A DNA stretch of 27,635 bases from a virus (taxonomy: Duplodnaviria; Caudoviricetes): positions 1-27,635 of the IMG/VR virus record IMGVR_UViG_3300020198_000075; one strand, given 5' to 3'. This document shows, piece by piece, positions 7,747-14,652 of the stretch (the first letter of the stretch is position 1; each line of letters opens with the position of its first letter). The position numbers and the translations under genes are program-made. The notes under the pieces were generated by a model. The model was not told where the DNA came from. It saw only the letters and a list, made by a program, of their open reading frames with translations, and made no database searches.

Positions 7747-9294
7747 TCACACCTCCGAGTGTTGTAAAAATTCTGTTAGTGAACTCAGCGTCAACTCAAA
7801 TCTACCTTGCATATCGTAACCCTTGTCAATGAACGCTTCGTTGATGCCTCTTTTTTGTTGAAGCATTTCGTACTGACGTTCCTCAATGCTCCCTTTCATA
7901 ACAAAAGATGCTATCGTAACATGGGGGTGTTGCGAAGATAAACGACTAATACGGGCTTCCCGTTGGTCCAACTTTCCAGCACTCCATGGCAGGTCGTAGG
8001 AAATGAGGTAGTTGGCTTGCGGCAGGTCTGCACCGTAGCCACCAGCATCCGATGACAGGAACAGGCGGGTTTTGGGGTCGGTAGAAAACTTTTGTTTTGC
8101 TGCGTCCTTTTCTGATGCATCCATGTCGCCAGTAAATAGTACACACGATGTTATGTTTTTTGTACGCTCAGCCAACAACTTTAAATTACTTTTAAAGAAC
8201 GAAAAAAGTACAACCTTGTTATTTATGTCTTCGCTTAAGATATCAGTAATGTACTCAATAATTGCATCCATTTTTGGAGTAATAAACGGTTTGGTCAGCC
8301 ATTGCATGTCCATTACCTCTTTGGCATACTTACTTCCTGCATCGGCGTTGGTATCTGTGTATTGCGTTGCCGAAATGTCCACGAGCATTGGGTTGTCGCA
8401 CAGCATACGTAACACGGTAAGACGTGACATAATTTTCCCTTGTGCTTGGTTGGCTGCGGGGTTGCCGTGATAGTGCGTCCACAGGTCAAACCCCTTGCCG
8501 TACATGTTCAAGGCGTTCTTTATCTGTGCCAACAAGTCATTTGCAATGTTTGTATACGCCTGTGCTCCATTGTAGTCAAACTGAATGGGAATGACCGTTG
8601 AAATGACCTTGGGCAATTGGTCCTCAATGTCTTTCCTATTTTTGCGAACCATTGCCTTTTCCATTGATTTGGTAAGCAAGTTTAAATTGCGATACCTTGT
8701 CGGCCTCCCATACTTATCCCGAACAATAAACGTTTTGTCAAACACGTCAAACTTGCCGAGCACGTTTGCGTCTACAAATTCCATAATGGAAAATAACTCT
8801 TCTGGTTTGTTTTCAATTGGTTGTCCTGTAAGTGCAAAACGATATTGACATTTCTTTCCTAGTTTTTTTAGCAGACGTGACCGTTTGGCACGAGGCGATT
8901 TAATCATGGTGGCTTCATCAATGACCATTGCTTCAAACCTAAGTGAATTAAACAAGTGAACATCATTAATCAAAGTTTCAGGGTTGACAACAACGTATTT
9001 TGCACGAAGGGCTGAGCGCCACAGGGTTTCTCGTGCCTTGACGTTGCCGTCAATGACGACTGCACGTGAATTAGTGAACTTTCTAATCTCACGCAACCAT
9101 TGGTATTTAATGGCGGCTGGCACCACAACAATAACACGAGAAACCTCGTCAGTTTTAAACAACTGTTCTAACGTATTAAGTGTGATAACTGTTTTTCCTC
9201 CACCCATGACAACGGCAAGAAGCATACGACCACGGTCAATCATCTTCTCCCGTGCCTCTTCTTGAAACGGGTACAGTGTTCCTTTAAACGTCAT
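7747..9294 (-). CDS. SNF2-family (SF2) helicase/ATPase
   Basis: LYPFQ, MGGGKT, IDEA, LTGQPIEN, KVVLFS, AGGYGADL, YDLPW and QREARISR. ATG at 9294. Confidence 0.92.
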   Translation of the reverse strand: MTFKGTLYPFQEEAREKMIDRGRMLLAVVMGGGKTVITLNTLEQLFKTDEVSRVIVVVPAAIKYQWLREIRKFTNSRAVVIDGNVKARETLWRSALRAKYVVVNPETLINDVHLFNSLRFEAMVIDEATMIKSPRAKRSRLLKKLGKKCQYRFALTGQPIENKPEELFSIMEFVDANVLGKFDVFDKTFIVRDKYGRPTRYRNLNLLTKSMEKAMVRKNRKDIEDQLPKVISTVIPIQFDYNGAQAYTNIANDLLAQIKNALNMYGKGFDLWTHYHGNPAANQAQGKIMSRLTVLRMLCDNPMLVDISATQYTDTNADAGSKYAKEVMDMQWLTKPFITPKMDAIIEYITDILSEDINNKVVLFSFFKSNLKLLAERTKNITSCVLFTGDMDASEKDAAKQKFSTDPKTRLFLSSDAGGYGADLPQANYLISYDLPWSAGKLDQREARISRLSSQHPHVTIASFVMKGSIEERQYEMLQQKRGINEAFIDKGYDMQGRFELTLSSLTEFLQHSEV

Positions 9295-10207
9295 CAATCC
9301 ACCATGGTAAAGCAGTTGCTTGCTTCACGGCAACCGCTAATTCTGAATCGTCCATCTCTCCAATGTCTTTGGCTTTGGTATGAGAATACTTCATCCATTT
9401 TACACCGTACCTGAACGATGGTAAAACAGTCATTAGTTTCTTACCAACAGTAATTCCTGCCTCATCGTTGTCCAGTGCCACAATAAGGGCATCGCACGAT
9501 GATTCCAACAACTGTAACTGTTTATTGCTCACCTGTACCCCAAAACTAGCAAGGCATTGGATGCCGTTGAACGACGATGAAAACCTAGCCACGTCCAGCG
9601 GTGATTCCACCAAAATGCCTACCCGTGAGGAGAACCTATCAATGCCAAACAACGTTTCTGATTTACTAACCCCAGTCGGCTGGTTGAGCACGCCATGTGG
9701 TGACTTCTCTTGCCAGCCCATCAAATCACCACTTGGTGAAATGATAGGAATAATCCATGCCTTACGATGCGTAGCCCAACGAATGCCATATTTGTTAGCA
9801 ACGGGGACTTTGATTCGGCGTTTCAATAGTTCTTCATACGGTGGTTGGTCGTACGACATGTACAACTTCCAATCCGCTGTGGTTGTGTCTTTGATGACCT
9901 TTGGTTTTATCAATTGCTCCAAGCCCGTGTTAAGCAACAAATTGTAAACGCTTGATACCGACTCGTAACTTCCTGTTACTTCGGCAATCAATTGAGGAAG
10001 GTTGCCCCGTGCCCCGCACGAATGACACAGCCACAAACCAGTGCTTGCGTTCATTGACCATGATGGGGAGTTGTCTGGTTTGCCAGTGCGTTTTTCGTGG
10101 ACTGGACAGCAAGCAATAATCTCGTTACCAGACTCACGCCGAACGTCCACGCCTAATGCGTCAAGGACGTCACGAAAGTTAGTAATACCAGTTGTCTTTG
10201 TCATCAT
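9284..10207 (-). CDS. DNA primase (CHC2 zinc finger plus TOPRIM)
   Basis: CPVH...CHSC zinc finger, VESPLD and ALDNDEAG TOPRIM motifs, KDIGEM. Confidence 0.9.
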   Translation of the reverse strand: MMTKTTGITNFRDVLDALGVDVRRESGNEIIACCPVHEKRTGKPDNSPSWSMNASTGLWLCHSCGARGNLPQLIAEVTGSYESVSSVYNLLLNTGLEQLIKPKVIKDTTTADWKLYMSYDQPPYEELLKRRIKVPVANKYGIRWATHRKAWIIPIISPSGDLMGWQEKSPHGVLNQPTGVSKSETLFGIDRFSSRVGILVESPLDVARFSSSFNGIQCLASFGVQVSNKQLQLLESSCDALIVALDNDEAGITVGKKLMTVLPSFRYGVKWMKYSHTKAKDIGEMDDSELAVAVKQATALPWWIDDV

Positions 10208-11435
10208 GGTCGCTTTCCTCCACTTCTGAAAAGTCCATATTATGCCAATCCCATTTAATTTTTACTTCACCCCTTGGCGCCGTTCGTGCAAGTACGATAC
10301 GCAATATTGCTTGGTCATCAATGTCTGGGTCGGCTTCAACACCGATAACCAAGTCTGAGTCCTGTGCAAACGAGGACGTGTAGCCGATGGCGTCGGCGGT
10401 AATTTGCCTGCTCTTACGATTACCTAGTTTCCAACTGAGCACCTGCGTAGTTCCAACGATTGGAATGTCGTAACGCTGCGCCAGTCTTTTTAAAGAACGT
10501 GTAATGTTCGTCAGTGCCTGTGGTGAGCCTTTGGGTTCTCCCTCTTCGTCGTCCATCAAGTATACGCCGTCAATCACTAACACGTCGGGTTTATGTTGTT
10601 GAATCTTGCCTGCAATGGCGCTGACCGTAGTAAGAGATGATATGTCTTCGGAAATAATAAACGGATGCATGTTCTTCCTAATGGATATTGCCTTTCTTAT
10701 CTGTTCAATATCCGTATTGGTAAGGTCTCCACGCATCAATTTGGTGTGGGAGATGCCTGCGACGAGTGCGTCATATCGTGCTGATTGCTCTTCTGTGCTC
10801 ATCTCAAACGAGATATACAAGGGAACCTTGCCGTGATTGTGTATGGCGTTGGAAATGATAAGGGTAATGAGCGACTTGCCTTTCTTTGCCTCACCAACCA
10901 GCGTAACCAATTGCTGAGGGCGCAATCCTGAAGTGAGCCTGTCAAGGCCAGGAAAACCCGTTGGAATACCACGAATTGCGTTAGGTGTGTCCTTCATCAG
11001 CAGGTAGCGCTCAATACGTTGTTCCCACGTCTCAATAAGATTAACGTCCCTCAACCGTGCGGTATCGGCGGAGGCAACTTGCAGACCCTGTGCAATAACG
11101 TTGATTGCTTCCTGCGTTTCATTTTCGTTGAGCAGCGGAACGGCTGACGAAAGAGTCTCAACCATTTTTTGATGACGATACGAAGTGATGAGTTCTTCAA
11201 TGAGATTAGAAAACTGCTCACGTGATGCATCAATGAGTGAAATGTTTGCGTACTCTTGATTGAACGCTCGTTCTGAAGGGACTGCGCTATGGTCACGCCA
11301 ATAGGTAACTAACCACTGCCAGACGTCCGACCACTGTGCGGAAAAGTGCTGTGGCTTTAAGCCAGCCTCCACGACTGTAACGATTTCGTTTTCCTTGATG
11401 ACTTTGCTGATTAAAAAATGTTCAGTGCTTGCCAC
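10179..11435 (-). CDS. dnaB: DnaB-like replicative helicase
   Basis: GIPTGFPGLDRLTSGL, Walker A GEAKKGKS, ISFEMS, VLVIDG, ITRSLKRLA and QDSD. Probable GTG start at 11435 (TAGTG overlap). Confidence 0.92.
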   Translation of the reverse strand: MASTEHFLISKVIKENEIVTVVEAGLKPQHFSAQWSDVWQWLVTYWRDHSAVPSERAFNQEYANISLIDASREQFSNLIEELITSYRHQKMVETLSSAVPLLNENETQEAINVIAQGLQVASADTARLRDVNLIETWEQRIERYLLMKDTPNAIRGIPTGFPGLDRLTSGLRPQQLVTLVGEAKKGKSLITLIISNAIHNHGKVPLYISFEMSTEEQSARYDALVAGISHTKLMRGDLTNTDIEQIRKAISIRKNMHPFIISEDISSLTTVSAIAGKIQQHKPDVLVIDGVYLMDDEEGEPKGSPQALTNITRSLKRLAQRYDIPIVGTTQVLSWKLGNRKSRQITADAIGYTSSFAQDSDLVIGVEADPDIDDQAILRIVLARTAPRGEVKIKWDWHNMDFSEVEESDHDDKDNWYY

Positions 11436-11866
11436 TACACAATCCACGCTTTCTGTTTGTCCACCACATGCGAACGCAATCCAATGATAGAGGCTTGTTC
11501 CTGATTTTCAACGTAGATTGTTTTCAACGAGCGTTGGAACTTTAAATCGTACGCCAACTCTTCTACGTTCATATAATAAAACACGGCAACCGATATCCCC
11601 TTTCGTGACAACCACTGTTCAATTGGATTGACTGCCCTTGGGTCAACAAATGTATAAACGTCAGTTGCTATTCCCAAACGAACGGAGGAATCAATCATTG
11701 CTTTTAACGACAGTTCATGCGGTGTAACGGCTTGTATATATCGTTCCCACTGGTTGCGTTGCTTATAGAATTTTGCGATAAGGCTGTCGGGGAGTGTTGC
11801 CAACACGCCCTCAAATATAACGCCCTGTCCCCTTACCGAATATTCCGCAATGTCATTTCCTTGCAT
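11435..11866 (-). CDS. Hypothetical protein, degenerate HAD-like fold
   Basis: GVIFEGVLA resembles HAD motif I (hhDhDGVL) without the aspartates. VYT and IEQWLSRKGI resemble phage HAD nucleotidase segments. Confidence 0.55.
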   Translation of the reverse strand: MQGNDIAEYSVRGQGVIFEGVLATLPDSLIAKFYKQRNQWERYIQAVTPHELSLKAMIDSSVRLGIATDVYTFVDPRAVNPIEQWLSRKGISVAVFYYMNVEELAYDLKFQRSLKTIYVENQEQASIIGLRSHVVDKQKAWIV

Positions 11867-12488
11867 TACGTTGGTCCGTCCCCGCTACGGGGACAAGTCG
11901 GCAAACGGATTGCAGTATTGACACAAATCGTTCTCCATAGCGCATGGTTAGTTTCTTGGGGTTGTAAAGGCTAGTGATGATTGTGGGAAGATTGGCGTTC
12001 GCACGTTGGTAAACAAGATTAGAAATGGAACGAGTGGTGAACTCCGTTTCGTTCTCATCCCCAAGTCCATCCAGCACCACAATGTCGTAAACTGACCTGA
12101 CGTATTTAGAAATGTATGGATTAGCATACTCATCGGGCAGCACTCCGTCATTATTCAACTCGTCATACATCATCTCAATATACGTAGTGACTGGAATAAA
12201 ATAACCGCTGAGGGTGTTTTCGTTTATCGCCTGTTTTAACAAACCAACTGCCAGATGCGTTTTGCCGACACCCGTACCGCCAAACAGATACAAGCCAGTT
12301 CCTGCGGGGACATGCTCATCAATGTGCTTCAACCATGTAGTAACGGCGTAATGGACGTCGTGGTCTCCCACCGACTTGTCATAGTTGCTCAACGTCATTA
12401 ATTCAAAACGTTTGGGAATACGTGCGTTCTTCAAACGCTCCTCTACTGGTCGGTTCTTCCAATAACGAGCGCCTTTCCATTCAGTCAT
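11853..12488 (-). CDS. DnaC/IstB-like AAA+ helicase loader
   Basis: ARIPKRF...TLSNYD, GLYLFGGTGVGKTHLA, VVLDGLG.E, R....LPTIITS, YGERFVS and G.DQR. Start MTEWKG at 12488. Confidence 0.9.
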   Translation of the reverse strand: MTEWKGARYWKNRPVEERLKNARIPKRFELMTLSNYDKSVGDHDVHYAVTTWLKHIDEHVPAGTGLYLFGGTGVGKTHLAVGLLKQAINENTLSGYFIPVTTYIEMMYDELNNDGVLPDEYANPYISKYVRSVYDIVVLDGLGDENETEFTTRSISNLVYQRANANLPTIITSLYNPKKLTMRYGERFVSILQSVCRLVPVAGTDQRNARK

Positions 12489-12717
12489 TGTCCGTCCTAA
12501 AGTCAAAAGGTTCTTCTGGAAAGATTGTATGCGGAACCGTGCAGGTGTCCATTCGGAAGTGTCTCAAATATGAGTCCTTGTCTGCAAACAACGTACCACA
12601 CATCGTGCAGTGATACAACTCAATAGTATCCTCTGTTTCTTTCAATGGTTCGTCGTCAACGATTGAACCACGAAACAATGTTTGCAACTTATCAACAAAG
12701 AACCACCAGACACTCAT
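12481..12717 (-). CDS. Small zinc-finger protein (C2HC/C2H2-like)
   Basis: YHCTMCGTLFADKDSYLRHFRMDTC. ATGA overlap at 12714-12717. Confidence 0.65.
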   Translation of the reverse strand: MSVWWFFVDKLQTLFRGSIVDDEPLKETEDTIELYHCTMCGTLFADKDSYLRHFRMDTCTVPHTIFPEEPFDFRTDND

Positions 12718-13076
12718 ATCCACTCCGATACATTATTATCGGAGTTGTTCCTCGTTACCCACGAAAGCAGGTTGTCCTTACGTTTAATAAAAACAGTCCA
12801 CAATGGAACGTCGTATGGCAATGGCTTTTTCTTTATCTCGTAGAAGAATCTGTCAATCATGGAATGCAACTCATCATACGACGCTCCACCGTCACGAAGG
12901 GTTTTAAACGTCTTTGATAGGGCCAAGGCATTGACCTCGCTGTTCATCGGGTACTCAATGGACTTGTTGAAGTGGTAGACCAACGCAAGCATGGTGTTCT
13001 TGGTCTTGGTGGTCATCTTGGCTGTCATGGTGCTGGCTTCGTCGGCGCCAAGCGGTTTCCCCCAACCGTCGCTCAC
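12714..13076 (-). CDS. Hypothetical helical protein, possibly a split-off C-terminal domain of the replication initiator
   Basis: GTGA-coupled to the HTH initiator and just upstream of the DnaC-like loader. Confidence 0.65.
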   Translation of the reverse strand: MSDGWGKPLGADEASTMTAKMTTKTKNTMLALVYHFNKSIEYPMNSEVNALALSKTFKTLRDGGASYDELHSMIDRFFYEIKKKPLPYDVPLWTVFIKRKDNLLSWVTRNNSDNNVSEWI

Positions 13077-13582
13077 TTCAGTAACTCCCCATCAATTTGA
13101 TAACCACTTGTTACATCGTTCACTTTTTCTCCCTTCTTGAAAAGAAGATTCTTGTTATGGTTATTCTTGTTTATAGTTATTCTTGATTGGGTGTCACGGG
13201 AGACACTGGGGGGAGTGTCTGGGGAGTCACCCCTAGGGGTGTCAGGCGTGACACTGGGTAGTGTCTCCACAGACACTAGGGTGGACGGGTTATTAAAGTT
13301 TACGATGTAGCGATTGCTCATCTGACCCTTATTTCCCATGCGTGCTTTACGAATCAAGACGTTGGAAGATACCAAGCGATTGACGGCACGGATAACGGTG
13401 CGACGGGAGTAACCAGTCAACTTTGCCACATGACCGTATGAGGTGGTGACTTCTTGAGTATCAGAATCCATGTATAAGAGTATTGTTAATAATACTACCT
13501 TGCCTATTGAGTCGTTGCCAAGATATTGAAGTACCCAACGTGGAAAGGGTACAAAGGGTCCTGAGAACTTTCTTTTAGCCAA
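13073..13582 (-). CDS. Winged-HTH phage replication initiator (lambda O/HTH_36-like)
   Basis: FVPFPRW, SYGHVAKLTGYSRRTVIRAVNRLVSSNVL and SNRY, followed by a repetitive DTP linker and an Asn/Lys-rich segment. Probable TTG start at 13582 behind AAGGA. Confidence 0.82.
   Translation of the reverse strand: MAKRKFSGPFVPFPRWVLQYLGNDSIGKVVLLTILLYMDSDTQEVTTSYGHVAKLTGYSRRTVIRAVNRLVSSNVLIRKARMGNKGQMSNRYIVNFNNPSTLVSVETLPSVTPDTPRGDSPDTPPSVSRDTQSRITINKNNHNKNLLFKKGEKVNDVTSGYQIDGELLK
13141..13276. promoter_or_regulatory. Putative replication origin: four palindromic iterons GTGTC-N6-G(A/T)CAC plus an adjacent AT-rich unwinding element
   Basis: Iterons at 13191-13206, 13215-13230, 13239-13254 and 13261-13276 (spacing 24, 24, 22). 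AT-rich 13141-13188 contains repeated (GTT)ATTCTTG. All lie inside the initiator gene. Confidence 0.8.
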
Positions 13583-13610
13583 TGGTGAATCCTTTATGAC
13601 TTGTTGTTTG

Positions 13611-13638
13611 CTATACTGAGGAAGGCGTGTTGTCCAAC
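13611..13638 (-). promoter_or_regulatory. Candidate housekeeping-sigma promoter for the replication operon
   Basis: Minus strand TTGGAC-16 nt-TATAGC, about 30 nt upstream of the initiator TTG. Imperfect match. Confidence 0.3.
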
Positions 13639-13641
13639 GCC

Positions 13642-13699
13642 GCACGGGGTGTGGGCTGGTGGTTTTTCCACCTCCTTTCTGCCATCAGTCCCCCCGTGC
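13642..13699 (-). other. Structured intergenic element (terminator or cis-regulatory RNA) containing a 12-nt perfect Shine-Dalgarno
   Basis: Outer stem GCACGGGG/CCCCGTGC (13642-13649 with 13692-13699), inner hairpin GGTGG-AAAAA-CCACC, and AGAAAGGAGGTG at 13669-13680. Confidence 0.6.
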
Positions 13700-14385
13700 T
13701 ATTTTCCAAAAAAGAGATTGATGTTTTCAATTGTGCTTTTGAACGTCTTTGTCGTTTGGTCTTTGAACACAACCACTACGACTACGGCGTCGTCTTCCGA
13801 AACATTTTCTTCTTTTGACGCCTCCGTAAGAAATTGAATAATGGTTTCCTTTGACACAAACTCCTTGTCTGTTGCGCCCTGCGCTTTTGCCTGCTGACGC
13901 AACATTGCAATCGGCATGTCTTCGTACTCTTTGCGAGTAACTGGAGGAAGCGAATCAACCGTATCGTTCTTTAAGTTCTCAACTAAACGAAATGGTGTAA
14001 GACCCTGCGTCAAATCAATGACCGTGAGTCCTCTGTCAATCAACGACGTGACAAGGTTCGTTGAACCATCGTTGTCGGCGTTGTTCCACAAATAGAGCAC
14101 TTCCATTTTTCCTGCTTTTGCAACATTGAGAATCGTTGAATGAGGGTCGTTGTCGGCAACCGACGTAACCGCATTGTCACATAATATAGATGGTGCGTTG
14201 CCATTGTGGTACGCAACAAACTTCTCACCGTTGTCAAGCAACCAATCGTAAACACGACAGATTCCTTCGGCATTTGTCTTTTCTGCAACGATGTGAAACG
14301 TGCGTGGTGTTGGCAAATCGGACAGACTGTCCTCAATTACTGACAATGACGAGTCGCCTGTGCCTGTGATTACGTACTGATTCAT
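13699..14385 (-). CDS. Hypothetical protein with an alpha/beta N-terminal domain and a Rho-N/HeH-like helical motif
   Basis: TAGGAG RBS. EYEDMPIAMLRQQAKAQG....VSKETIIQFL resembles the Rho N-terminal/HeH nucleic-acid-binding pattern. Confidence 0.6.
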   Translation of the reverse strand: MNQYVITGTGDSSLSVIEDSLSDLPTPRTFHIVAEKTNAEGICRVYDWLLDNGEKFVAYHNGNAPSILCDNAVTSVADNDPHSTILNVAKAGKMEVLYLWNNADNDGSTNLVTSLIDRGLTVIDLTQGLTPFRLVENLKNDTVDSLPPVTRKEYEDMPIAMLRQQAKAQGATDKEFVSKETIIQFLTEASKEENVSEDDAVVVVVVFKDQTTKTFKSTIENINLFFGK

Positions 14386-14394
14386 GTTGTGCTC

Positions 14395-14652
14395 CTATTT
14401 GAGTGAACGTGTTCTAGCCATATCTCCCATTAGTGTAATCATGCGAATGACACTGTGAACTATACCAGCAAGTGTGGCAACAGCGAGGCCGTCTATCCAC
14501 ATTTTTTCAGTTCTCAAAACCACGACAACAATGTACGAGATGACAAGTGTGGCAACCACTTTCACCCACGGCATCACTTCCCTCGGCATCAGCATGTCAA
14601 TGATTTGTACAAATTTGTATACGGCTAGTGCGATAACTAAAAGTTCCATCAT
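14395..14652 (-). CDS. Small membrane protein, putative holin
   Basis: 85 aa with three hydrophobic segments, a basic C-terminus and a Met-Met start. Lies at the end of the tail operon. Confidence 0.6.
   Translation of the reverse strand: MMELLVIALAVYKFVQIIDMLMPREVMPWVKVVATLVISYIVVVVLRTEKMWIDGLAVATLAGIVHSVIRMITLMGDMARTRSLK

Noticed and set aside
13191-13276. Palindromic repeats as a mini CRISPR array, given the Cas4-like gene
   Set aside because: The units are 16 bp with 6-8 bp linkers, they lie inside a coding sequence, and there is no cas1 or cas2. They fit iterons.
13669-13680. CACCTCCTTTCT as a 16S rRNA gene remnant
   Set aside because: The match is only 12 nt and the flanks show no rRNA similarity.
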